Source: Candidatus Binataceae bacterium
GTDB lineage: Bacteria; Desulfobacterota; Binatia; Binatales; Binataceae
Assembly: GCA_963752805.1 (NCBI GenBank)
Contig: CAVWAA010000008.1
Coordinates: 78,384-142,383, forward strand
DNA length: 64,000 nucleotides
Direction: 5' to 3'
A program made the translations under genes and the position numbers. Below, in pieces: positions 40,857 to 51,181 of the stretch (positions are counted from its first letter, which is position 1; each line of letters begins with the position of its first letter). The notes beneath the pieces are model-generated. The model saw only the letters and a program-made list of their open reading frames with translations. It did not search any database and was not told where the DNA came from.

Positions 40857-41699
40857 TCAGCGCGCGAAATGGTCGAGCACCCAGCGGCCATTCCCGAGCA
40901 TAAGTGCATTTTTTAACGCGCGCGTGGTAAAGCGTTTTGCGCGATTGATCGCCGTTTCGAGCTCGATCCCCCGTGCCAGCCATGCCGCAATCGCGGCCGA
41001 CAAGGCGCAGCCCGTTCCATGTGCACCCTCACCCGGAATTCGCGCGGCGGCGAATTCGATATAGCGGCGGCCATCAAAAAACAAATCAACCGCCTTCGGT
41101 CGATGACCATCGCCAAGCGTTGCCGGCCAATGTCCTCCCTTTATCAACACCGACCGCGGGCCGAGCCTGTGCAACGCTTGGGCCGCGCGGCGCATTGCCA
41201 TCAGCCCATCGATTTTTATTTCGCTCAGGATCTCAGCTTCGGGAATATTCGGCGTCACTACCGCGGCCAGCGGGATTAGTCGCGCGCGCAAAATGCGCTC
41301 GCCGGCGGTTTCGAGCAAGCGTGTTCCGCTGCTGGCAACCAGCACGGGATCGAGCACCGGTGCAGGCAATCCGAGCGATTCCACGCTCTTTGCGACAATA
41401 TTTGTGACCGCGGCTGAGGCCAGCGCACCGATTTTGAGCGCGTCGGGCATTCGTTCCGCAACGACAGTTTCGAGCTGAGCGGCGACCATATCGGGTTCGA
41501 CCGCTTGCACCCGCGCCACATGCGCGCTGTTCTGCGCGATGACTGCGGTTATTACCGAGAGGCCATAAACCTTAAGCGCGGCAAATGTCTTGAGGTCCGC
41601 CTGCAATCCGGCGCCGCCGCTCGGATCACTCCCCGCGATCGTCATCGCAACTGGAATCCGCGCGACCGCGGGGAGCGCGGCAATGCGGTCTCGTTTCAC
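40857..41699 (-). CDS. thiD: Hydroxymethylpyrimidine/phosphomethylpyrimidine kinase
   Basis: VAMTIAGSDPSGGAGLQADLKTFAALKVYGLSVITAV N-terminus and GxGC-containing C-terminus (AHGTGCALSAAIAAWLARG), typical ThiD/PdxK ribokinase fold. Confidence 0.85.
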   Translation of the reverse strand: MKRDRIAALPAVARIPVAMTIAGSDPSGGAGLQADLKTFAALKVYGLSVITAVIAQNSAHVARVQAVEPDMVAAQLETVVAERMPDALKIGALASAAVTNIVAKSVESLGLPAPVLDPVLVASSGTRLLETAGERILRARLIPLAAVVTPNIPEAEILSEIKIDGLMAMRRAAQALHRLGPRSVLIKGGHWPATLGDGHRPKAVDLFFDGRRYIEFAAARIPGEGAHGTGCALSAAIAAWLARGIELETAINRAKRFTTRALKNALMLGNGRWVLDHFAR

Positions 41700-41739
41700 T
41701 CATGCTAAGCTAGCACATAGCCGGTGGTCAGGTTTGCGT

Positions 41740-43560
41740 ATGCGGCTTGATCCAGCGGAAAATGCAAAGATATCTTTCGAATCGAGGTGGACGCAGGCTT
41801 TAGCGTGTGCTTATGAGGATGATGCTGAAGGCTGTCTCACGTTTGTTGGGTGTATGGGCACGGTCAGGCAAGAAGACTTCCTCGATCTACCATTTCAGGA
41901 GAAACTCGAATTTCTCTACGGTCTGCCCGCACGCCAAAAGCGCGATCTGATTCTATCGTCGCCCGAGGCTGAGCGGCTGGTCCGTTCATTCGCTCCTGAG
42001 ACGCTTTTTTACACGCTCAAGGAGATCGGCGTCGCAGATGCGGGCGACCTGCTGAGTCTCGCGATTCCCGAACAGGTTCGCTGGTTGTTTGATCTCGATT
42101 GCTGGCATAAGGACCAGCCTAATCTGTCCCGGATGCGTGAATGGATCGAGGCGATTTCCGAAGGCGGGCGCAAGCGGCTCGCCGATAATCTGATGGGGAT
42201 CGATCTCGAACTGGTATCATTGCTCCTACGCCGATACATCCGGGTGCATCGGCTCGACGCGCCTCAGGACGTCCCTGATGCGCCGTCGAATCGCTTTGTT
42301 CAATTTGACGAACACTACCTGATAGAATCGATTCGCTACGACACGATTCATCAGTACTTGCTGGAGTTTCTGGAAGAAGCATTCGAGCGGGATTACAATT
42401 ACTTCGCCGCGTTAATGGAGGAGATTTATTGGGGGGTCGAGGCCGAACTCGAAGAACAGGCCTATCAATTTCGCAGCGCGCGCCTTGCCGATCACGGGTT
42501 TCCCGATTACTACGACGCGCAAGCGTTGTTCAGCTATCTCAATCCACAGAAATTTCTCGAACTCCGCTCACAGTATGTACCGCCGCTGCGTGATGCGCTC
42601 GACGCCAATGGTTCGATACCGCCGGAGCTGGCTCCGGTTTCCAGCGTGGCCGAGAATTCGCTGTTCAATACCGCGCTAACCGCCGGCTTCGCCGCTCAAG
42701 GCCAGCGGCAGTTACGTAGTGAAATGGCGATGGTGTCGAATCAGGTACTGGTGGCGCGCTCGGTCGATTTCGGCGACCCGGAGGCGGTGCGCGTCGCGGT
42801 CGAGATGACCCACAATTACCTCAACCTCGGCCTTGAGAATCTCGCCGGAGGCGACCTCGCCGCTGCGATCGAACACTTGCGCGCGACCCATCTCCAGTTG
42901 CTGTTCAGGCTCGGTGTTAGCCTCACCATTGATCTGCGCAAGCGCGCCGCGGCGTTGATGTCCAAACTCGGGCTGACCAGCGAACGCCCGCGCGAGATCC
43001 TTTATTTGGATTCGCCCTATCGCGAGGCACTGGCCGGTTTCCTTCAGCGGCAGCCGCAATTTTATGGTGGACTGGACCGTAATGGTTCGGCGGCGATGCG
43101 GGACTTTCGCTCAATGCATGATCTGCATCTTAGCTACGTCATATTGGAGCAACTCGACGTGGTTCCCGCCCTGTTCAAGGCGCTGGTGGGGCTGGATATC
43201 GCTTCGGCTCGCTTTCGTGCAAATATCGCCGGCCACGAGATCCGGCTCAGCCAGATTTTGCTGACGATGCTCACGCGTCAGTGTCTCGATGCGCGGCTAA
43301 TGCTGGAGCCGCTCGAAGCCGCGCGCTTGCGTGAGGCACGCAACGCCATCATGACGGCCAGCCGGCCAGCGCGCTTGTCAGAGCAGTTTCAGCAATCGGT
43401 GCGCCTGGTCTTGGAGACTCGACTGGATCCAAACCTGCGATCCCGCAGCGAGGGTTTTGTCAACTCGTGTCTCAATATGCTGGAAGAAGATCTGGCCGAA
43501 CTCGACCCATCGCAGGAAATCGATCCTAGATTTATTCGCAGTCTGCTGATTCAGCGTTAG
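41740..43560 (+). CDS. Large conserved hypothetical protein (DUF-type, ~600 aa, alpha-helical)
   Basis: The track ORF starts at 41590 inside thiD. The Met at 41740 (MRLDPAENAK...) avoids the overlap. No catalytic motifs recognised. Confidence 0.55.
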   Translation: MRLDPAENAKISFESRWTQALACAYEDDAEGCLTFVGCMGTVRQEDFLDLPFQEKLEFLYGLPARQKRDLILSSPEAERLVRSFAPETLFYTLKEIGVADAGDLLSLAIPEQVRWLFDLDCWHKDQPNLSRMREWIEAISEGGRKRLADNLMGIDLELVSLLLRRYIRVHRLDAPQDVPDAPSNRFVQFDEHYLIESIRYDTIHQYLLEFLEEAFERDYNYFAALMEEIYWGVEAELEEQAYQFRSARLADHGFPDYYDAQALFSYLNPQKFLELRSQYVPPLRDALDANGSIPPELAPVSSVAENSLFNTALTAGFAAQGQRQLRSEMAMVSNQVLVARSVDFGDPEAVRVAVEMTHNYLNLGLENLAGGDLAAAIEHLRATHLQLLFRLGVSLTIDLRKRAAALMSKLGLTSERPREILYLDSPYREALAGFLQRQPQFYGGLDRNGSAAMRDFRSMHDLHLSYVILEQLDVVPALFKALVGLDIASARFRANIAGHEIRLSQILLTMLTRQCLDARLMLEPLEAARLREARNAIMTASRPARLSEQFQQSVRLVLETRLDPNLRSRSEGFVNSCLNMLEEDLAELDPSQEIDPRFIRSLLIQR

Positions 43561-44277
43561 CTCGCTCGCCGATCGCGAGTATTCGGCCCCCTATGAAAGC
43601 TGCAAATGCCGGCCAGTACTGACGCAACGCTCAGCGTCGCACCAGGTGACGCATTTGCCGTGATAAGAACGGCCCGCTATTCAGAAACAGAGGCAAGAGC
43701 GACCGGCTCGGCGCAAGTGCAATGTCCAGATTCTATATGCTGCACAAGATCAAGCGCCGGGCTGAGGTGCCGGTCTAACCCAGTCTACCCCATTCCACTT
43801 GCTGCCACACCTTTGGTGCGACGGGGGTTGAGCTATTTCCGAACGGGGGCACGCTGGAGCCCTTCCAGACCATCACGAATCCCGAAGTCGCGAACTGCCA
43901 AGCTGTACGATCACACCCGCGAGGAACTGTCGTTCGAAGAAGTCGTGAGAATCAAATGCTAAATGACGACACCACGTCGGACTTGCAGAGCGACTGCTTA
44001 CAATGACGAGCGGCGAGCCACGGGACGGATCCGGTCTTCGGGCGTAGTCGACGGATTCGCGCGAGAGTGAGCCGGTAGTGTCCTGATGTCGCACTAGCAC
44101 CTCATCGATCTCAAATTAGGACAATATCAGCGAGCAGCTAACTATTGCATCGATATTCCTTAGAGGCTAGCTTGGGGCGCGAAAATTCTCGAGTCGAGGC
44201 AATCGATTCGAGTTTATGCCAGAGAGCCGATCTCAACATCGAGCGACCCTTGCAGTTCGACCGGCTCTGATCACGTT

Positions 44278-46433
44278 TTGCGAGAATCGTTGATGCGCAC
44301 ACAGGTGCGCCGTGTTCTTTCGGGGGGAAAGGTGAAGAGAGAAATAAAACTTGGAGTCAGCCGCTATGCGCTAAGCCTAACAAGAGTTGTGCAATTGATG
44401 GCTTGCGCCGCGACCATTGTCGGATTCGCGAGCGTCGCCGCTTCACAAACGTCGTCAGGAATAGTGTTGCGGTCTATAACCGCAGCGAGTACCGATCTAG
44501 GTGGCGGTAGTAGCTTGACGCTAGGGCAGCCGTCGGGAATGGCAGCAGGTGACGTCCTCATCGCCCAGCTTGCGGTTCGTGGCGGTACGGATCTGACGCT
44601 AACGGCGCCTCCCGAATGGATGCTGATCCGGCGGGACAATTACAATGGCTCGATTGCCCAGGCAGTATACAGCAAAGCCATATTCAATCTGTCGACAGAA
44701 CCGACTCAGTATACATGGTACTTCGATAGTGGCAACGATGCCGAAGCCGGAATAGCAGATTACGCGGGAGTCGGTAGCATTGTTGCTAACAGCGGCCAAG
44801 GTGTTGCCAGCTCGAATTATGTGGTCGCGCCATCTGTTCAGATTCCTGACGGGAGCGCCGCCGTTACCGTGAGCGGATTCTTCGCTATTGCTTCGGGTGC
44901 ACCTGTTGTACCTCCGGCTAAGATGTCTCAACATTGGTCATTTCGTGCCACCGGCTGGGGAATAGGCGTCGGCATGGGGGACCTGACCATGGCGCCGGTT
45001 CAACCCACCGGAAATCAGATAGGTACGGTCAGTCAGGCGGCGAGCAACGCAGGAGCATTGGTAGTGCTTTCCGGGGTGTCTTCACCCACGCCAACCCCGA
45101 CCGCTACCTCTACGCCCAGTCCTCAGCCCAACTCTCACCCTAACTGGAATCACCTACTACATTTCCCCGACAGGTAGTGATTCAAACAATGGTACGTCCC
45201 AAATCTCGACGTGGGCGACCATTCAGCACGCCGCCAATGTGATGCAACCGGGGGACACCGCAATCGTTCTCGCGGGGAATTACAACCAGCGCGTGAGAGT
45301 ATCGAGATCAGGCCAGAACAGCAGGCCAATTACGTTCCAGGCTCTAGCTGGTGCGACGGTAACAATGCAGGGGTTTCAGGTCAATGCCAGCTATATTCAC
45401 ATTGTCGGGTTTGATATCACCAACCATAACCAGACTGACCAGACGGCCTGGGGGATCTACCTGATTGGTTCCGACAACACCGTGAGCAGAAACAATATTC
45501 ACGACCTGTGCGCCCAGGGGATCTACGTGTCGGGCAACGGCAATCCCAATTCGACCGGCACCGCTAATAACATCATCAGCCACAACAGCTTTATCCGGGA
45601 CGAGATGGCGGGGGCGCAGATCGAGGGGCAAAACAATCTCGTTGCCTACAACACTGTCAGCGGCACCTTGCAGTACCCGCCGAACTGCTACACACGGAAT
45701 GGCGCCGACGCCGACGGGTTGCGCTTCTTCGGCAACGGGCACGTGTTCCGCAGTAATACTCATCGAGAATATCCCGGTTCCTGGCAGCCAATATAATCCC
45801 AATCCGCACACCGATTGTTTTCAGAGTTGGGGTCCGGCGACCAATATGACCTTCGATTCCAACTGGTGCCAGTGGCCGGCTCCGGGCACCAGTCCGAGCG
45901 GCGGCAGCAATCACATCGGCATGGTGGAGAACTTCGCTGGCAAAGTCAGCAATCTGCTGTTCATGAACAATGTCTTCGTGAACATGTATCAGGGGCTGCT
46001 GGTCGATGGCGATGGAGGTTCGACCATCACGAGTCTGCAGTTCTTCAACAACACGGTGGATAATGTGACCCAGGAAGGGGTCGTCTTGATAAAGAACGTT
46101 CCGGCGACGCAAATTATCAACAATATTTTCTGTGACGTCGGAAACGGAGGCGACAACTATCTCGCAGCAGACAGCAGTTCGAGCAACTTCACGGCGACCC
46201 ACAACGTTATGTGGATGTCGAATGGTTCGATGCCCGGCACTTACGGCAGTAACGCGACGTACATCAATGAAAATCCCAAATTCGTCAATCTGAGTGGACT
46301 GAACTTCCATTTGAGCTCGTCTTCGCCAATGATCAATGCTGGCCAGGCGTTATCGCCAGTTACACATGACTATGACGGAGTATTGCGGCCCCAGGGACCG
46401 GCGTACGATATCGGCGCCTTCGAATATCACTGA
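44278..46433 (+). pseudogene. Secreted right-handed parallel beta-helix (pectate-lyase-fold) repeat protein, fragmented over three reading frames
   Basis: ORF1 (44278-45177) has a TM/signal sequence, a Thr/Pro linker and ends in a stop. Frame +1 continues with ITYYISPTGSDSNNGTSQISTWATIQHAANVMQPGDTAIVLAG (classic beta-helix protein N-terminus) into ORF2 (45239-45796). ORF3 (45642-46433) continues the beta-helix repeats (NNIF..., NNTVDN...). Frameshifts near 45130 and 45770. Confidence 0.6.
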
Positions 46434-46806
46434 GAGCGCGTAAACCGCAGGCAGCGAGTGACAGGGCTGGCGGAGTAACGCGAAAGGATTTAGATTAGAG
46501 CCTCACGCTTGAGCTCCTGGTCGAAGAGTTCGGCCTCGATTCTCTGACGCTTCGAGAGACGTCCAAACCCTTTCCAGCGCACGGATGCCTAGTTAGCGAA
46601 CTGTTTAAAAGCTTTTCGGCGTTGGTGACAGATGTCCGCGCTGTTCCCTGTGCTGGTCTGCGACCACTGAGATACTGAGCATGACGCCGCTGCAGGCGTT
46701 ATATTCGTCAGGACCGAGAGGACCCCAAGGGCTGCTACAGCCTACACTACGGCAGGTGTTGCACTGTATCGCAGCTGACCGCCCAAGGCTTCCTTGGGCT
46801 CTAACC

Positions 46807-47223
46807 TCACGGTGTTCCCACGCAAACGACTTCAGACGCCGGCAGCGAATGAGAATCTCCTCTTGGCGTGATTGAGTTGAGAATTACGACGCCATCTGGG
46901 TACGCTGAAACTGGTTGCGGGAAAGCATCAAAGGACAGATCCGGTGATTGCTTCCCGGATATACGGGTTCCCTGATTACTGATTGTGCAACTGGGCGTTG
47001 TTGAAAAGAGGCCCGTAGCAAAGCCGATCACTAGTGTGCCCTTCGCCTGATCATAAGAGGAGGAACTGATCCACCCCTTGGGCACTTGGCTGGTGATTTT
47101 ACCCGTCGCATCGAAGTTTGCGGACGCGCGCAGCGGAGAAGATCGGTTAGCGGCGCCAGCGGGAAGCGCACCGACCAATAGCACTATTGCGATCACTACC
47201 CGCCCTCTAACAATTACGCCCAT
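46807..47223 (-). CDS. Hypothetical secreted protein
   Basis: 138-aa ORF with signal peptide-like N-terminus MGVIVRGRVVIAIVLLVGALPAGAA. Confidence 0.4.
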   Translation of the reverse strand: MGVIVRGRVVIAIVLLVGALPAGAANRSSPLRASANFDATGKITSQVPKGWISSSSYDQAKGTLVIGFATGLFSTTPSCTISNQGTRISGKQSPDLSFDAFPQPVSAYPDGVVILNSITPRGDSHSLPASEVVCVGTP

Positions 47224-47398
47224 GATTTTGCCTCCTTGGAATAACTTCTGAAATCGTAGTACAGTGACGGTTTGAACCTAGGTATCGTGCTCTCATCGCT
47301 TAGTGGCAAGCCTTAGCCGCTACGGCTGTCCCAACCCGGCGATGCATAGCACACCCGCGAATCACTAACAGAAGCGAAACTCGTTTCCCACTTGTGGT

Positions 47399-48683
47399 CT
47401 AATCGCGCCGCGGATCTAGCAGGCCGGATCGCCAAGCGGCCATAAGAGGGTCGGCGCTCAGAAGCTTTACGGACGCAGCAGTAGCGCCATCGCCAGCGAT
47501 TCGAGCTGTTTGGCCATTTGATTCGAGCCGCATCGCGGAGCGTCTCCGCCACCAAGCTGCGACTTCCGATGGAAGCGCGCGCCACGCCCGCTCGACCTGG
47601 CTTAAATACCTAAGCAATTCTTCGTACTCATTCAGTGCGGGCGGATCTCCACTATAGTCAGGGTGTGTCAACGTCAGGATCATTCCACCTATTGACGAGA
47701 GCCATTCGGCTTTCTCGATCCAGGTACGGCTCGCGTCTCGGCCAACCAGATTCATCAATGTGTGATCCTGAGGCAGCGTATACGGCAATTCGACCATATG
47801 CCCCATGAAAAAAGGGAACGTACTGCATGATCCGCCCGGCTGTGGTTCATACGGGTCAGTGTCAGCGAAGCTCGAATCGAAATCGAAATCCATCGTACGA
47901 AGCAACTCCATCCGCCTCAAAGTAGATGGGGAACGAAAGCCGCGCAGGCCATGTGCTCGCGCCAGACGCTCGACTTCAGGTCCAAGAACGCGAAAGTCTT
48001 CGTCAGAGCGGAACAGGCGGCCGTCATGAGCCAGGCCGTGGGCACCCAATTCGAAGCCTGCGCGGCGCATTATTTCAAGTTCAGCCCAATCTATACGGAA
48101 CTGCCCGAGCGGAATATTCCAGGCCGACCGAAAACCATACTTACGCTCGACCTCTGCCATTTTGGCTATTTGATAGAGGCCGGCACGACTTTCCACGTCG
48201 TGAGTCAGCACTATGCAACAGTCGTAACCATCTGGCCAAAACCCAACATACCAGCCGTCCTCACAACTCGATTTGCTTCAAGGCATCCTCTAGCCAAGAA
48301 CATCGGAGCGAGAGCAAAGTAGCCTCGTAAGGCCAAGCCGGAAATGGCATTGGTGGACGCATGGTGACCACATACCTATTAAGCCTGTGGCGAATCGCAC
48401 GTGGTATGAGACCCTTCAACGCGTAGTAAAGGTCTAGCCTTGGCGGACGGCGCTGTCGCTCTGACAGGTATTGTTCGAACAAGTACTTTTCGGCGCATAC
48501 CCTGGATTGCTCGATGTCTGATGACAACTCACCACGCCAACCCTCATCCAGTTTCCAGAATGCGAACGAATCGTTCGATTCGAACTCACTACTCCAGTTA
48601 GCCGTGCTCTTCCCTGGCTGTTGAACAATACCGACCGTGGCTCCGGAGTCCGCGATTTCCGCGACTGAAAAGCGAGCCGCCAA
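47399..48683 (-). CDS. Polysaccharide deacetylase family protein (NodB-like; PEP-CTERM locus type), N- and C-terminal parts in different frames
   Basis: C-terminal ORF (47399-48211) begins ...DGYDCCIVLTHDVESRAGL (NodB motif 1 TxDVE-like) when read upstream in-frame. A separate 140-aa N-terminal ORF (48261-48683) ends 50 nt upstream in another frame. Confidence 0.65.
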
Positions 48684-48803
48684 GATCCGTTCGTGAAAGA
48701 TTCTCCGGCGATTTCAAAGTTGACAAACTATCCACTACTGGCGACCTTCCTACGATCCGTGGCTCCGGCCCTTGCTAGCTTCCATTATAAGTCACCCCGT
48801 TTC

Positions 48804-50279
48804 TCAGCCGATCGGCCCGAACAGGTTTATCGTCTTAGACACCGGTTTGCGTTGATTCAGGTCAAGCCGTTGTCTCTCGGCCAACGCCCAAGCCAGCATC
48901 ATGAGCAGTCCTACAGAGTATCGGCAGTCTCCGGCGGAACTTTCGGCGAAATTGAGAATGAATATAGGCAGGACAGCAATTAGACCAACCCGTTTGAGAC
49001 CGAGCGGGTCGCATTCCTGCCGGAACAATACTACCCACGGGCGCAGCATTATGAAAACCCACAAGAGCGCCGCCGGTACGCCCACTCCCACTGCTCGCGA
49101 TAGGTAGTTCTCGTGCAGCGAACTATGCGGACCACTATCCCATGGGCCATACCAAAGCGGAAAATACTTATTATCTAGAATGGCACCTTCGACCTCATAG
49201 CCGTAACCAAACAACGGACGGTGCTTTATTTGGTCGATGGTATAAGCCCAAATATCTGAACGGCCGGTGAAGCTGGTCACGTCACGATTAACGTAGCTAC
49301 CCACCTTTGGGTCGGCGAGAATCAAGCCGATGACCAGCAGAAAGGCCAGTCCAAAGCAGACTAGAACCGCGCGAAATCGGTATTTAAATATGGCATAAGC
49401 TGCTGCGCCAGCCAGGATTGCCGCAGCGGATGTGCGCGAATCCGCAAGTGCCATTAATCCCAAGGCGAGAACCATTACGAATGCCAGCAGGATTCTCCTT
49501 CGCTTTGAAGCGCCGTTCCAATAGATCAACGCAAGAGCCATGGTAGTCAGCATAACCTCGCCGATCTGGTTGGGAGAGCCAAGGAAACCCTGGAAACGCA
49601 GCATTCCACCGCGGCTGAAAAGCACGCGGCCGGACTCGTTGACGATATCATCACTCTGCCAGGTGACGGCCGCCGGCAGGACGCCTGCGGCGACACATAA
49701 GAGGCCCACGATTATCGTGCAAGCGAGCAAAGCACGACCCAGCACACGATTCACATCCTCATGGGTCGTTATTTCGGACGCGCAAAGGCAGACGGCGGCG
49801 ACGAGCAATGACGTGTTGAGGATGCGACCCAGCGAAAACACGGGCGATATGGAATAGCTGACCGTTACCAAGCCCCATGCCATGTAAAGGAAAAAGAGAC
49901 GAAACCCGCCTCTCCGCCAGATATCTGAACACAAAAAAGAGGGGACGATCGGCAAACAGAACAAAGCCTCCAGCCCGTATCGTCCTATTGTAGTAACATT
50001 ATCTGGCAATATACTGCTGGACGCGAGCACCTCGATCATGAGGATGGCGAAAATCAGCCATTCGTGGTGCCGCGATGTATAGATCGCACTCCAAATGAGA
50101 AAAGCGGTTCCAGCAATGCCGAGGACTGCAAGTCTCACACCGCCAAATGGATCCAATGCGGCACTCGCGATCGCCAACCCGACTATTCCTGCGAGCATTA
50201 GGCGAAGCAGCGCAGTTGAGGTATCGTCTCGAACGCGCGGAAGGGAGAACGCTGCGTCGCCGTGACTCGAGGTTGTCAT
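48804..50279 (-). CDS. O-antigen ligase/polymerase-like membrane protein (Wzy_C domain)
   Basis: 491-aa polytopic membrane protein. Wzy_C-like segment LALADSRTSAAAILAGAAAYAIF...IGLILADP followed by a periplasmic loop and further TMs. Confidence 0.75.
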   Translation of the reverse strand: MTTSSHGDAAFSLPRVRDDTSTALLRLMLAGIVGLAIASAALDPFGGVRLAVLGIAGTAFLIWSAIYTSRHHEWLIFAILMIEVLASSSILPDNVTTIGRYGLEALFCLPIVPSFLCSDIWRRGGFRLFFLYMAWGLVTVSYSISPVFSLGRILNTSLLVAAVCLCASEITTHEDVNRVLGRALLACTIIVGLLCVAAGVLPAAVTWQSDDIVNESGRVLFSRGGMLRFQGFLGSPNQIGEVMLTTMALALIYWNGASKRRRILLAFVMVLALGLMALADSRTSAAAILAGAAAYAIFKYRFRAVLVCFGLAFLLVIGLILADPKVGSYVNRDVTSFTGRSDIWAYTIDQIKHRPLFGYGYEVEGAILDNKYFPLWYGPWDSGPHSSLHENYLSRAVGVGVPAALLWVFIMLRPWVVLFRQECDPLGLKRVGLIAVLPIFILNFAESSAGDCRYSVGLLMMLAWALAERQRLDLNQRKPVSKTINLFGPIG

Positions 50280-50389
50280 TAATATTCCTAACGGTTCACC
50301 GGATCCTGCTGCACGAATGCGTTAGCTCGCGCGCAGATCCTATCGTCGGAGCCGCAGACGCCTTGTGTAAGCTCTGCAAACCAGAACAC

Positions 50390-51163
50390 CTATTCAGCGT
50401 CGCGGCTCGCGCCGTTTGATTTCACTTCGGGCGCCTTCGCAAGCTCCAACTCACTCCTGCGAAGTTCATTAGATTCAAGCATTACCCGCAAAAGCGGAGA
50501 GGCTGCCAGGCGTTGCAGCAGATTGATGTTGGGGATCACGCAATGTCCGCCGATAAATCCGGGAAAATATGACTGCTTTGGCAAGAAGTCAACCTCCTCA
50601 AAGAACCTAATTGCCTCGGGGTAGTCAGCGCCGACTCGCGAAGCAAAGCGGTTCAATTCCTGGGCAAAGGTGATTTGGAGGCCGAAGTAAGTAGTTTCGG
50701 CGAGCTTCGCCAACTCCAGAGTTTCGGGGCAGTCCATCGCGGCGGTCTTCATCCCCGCAGCCTGAAAGTGCTGTTCGGCCCGTCGCGTTACTGCCGGGGT
50801 TAGTGCCGAAACGAACTTGGTGTAACCCCTGAGGTCCTCGGCCATCTTTACGTGCTTGCCTCGAACCGGGCTGTATGCAATCGCTGCTCCCGTAGCTTTG
50901 GCGATATCTCGGGTCGTGCCAGGTAAAACGGTACTGTTAATCACGACTAGGCGCGGATTGAACCTCTGGATATACGTGCGCACCGCACTTTTGAATTGCT
51001 CGGAATTGCAATACGGGAAGCATATGTGCATCACGCTAATGGCTTCATAGATGTCAACTGGTTTCATGTCGTGAACGAGCACTGGCCCGGTGGCTTCCAG
51101 AACGGCCGCCAGCGCCGACCCAACTTCGCCCACCCCGACGACCAGAGGTTTAGCAGCTTGCAT
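50390..51163 (-). CDS. Nucleotide-sugar dehydrogenase-like protein (UDP-glucose/GDP-mannose dehydrogenase family, short form)
   Basis: N-terminal Rossmann VVGVGEVGSALA, central ELAKLAETTYFGLQITFAQELNRFASRVGAD and catalytic-Cys-like GFIGGHCVIPN. Lacks the C-terminal UDP-binding domain. Confidence 0.55.
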   Translation of the reverse strand: MQAAKPLVVGVGEVGSALAAVLEATGPVLVHDMKPVDIYEAISVMHICFPYCNSEQFKSAVRTYIQRFNPRLVVINSTVLPGTTRDIAKATGAAIAYSPVRGKHVKMAEDLRGYTKFVSALTPAVTRRAEQHFQAAGMKTAAMDCPETLELAKLAETTYFGLQITFAQELNRFASRVGADYPEAIRFFEEVDFLPKQSYFPGFIGGHCVIPNINLLQRLAASPLLRVMLESNELRRSELELAKAPEVKSNGASRDAE

Positions 51164-51181
51164 TACTTAAAGTTCTCCCTA

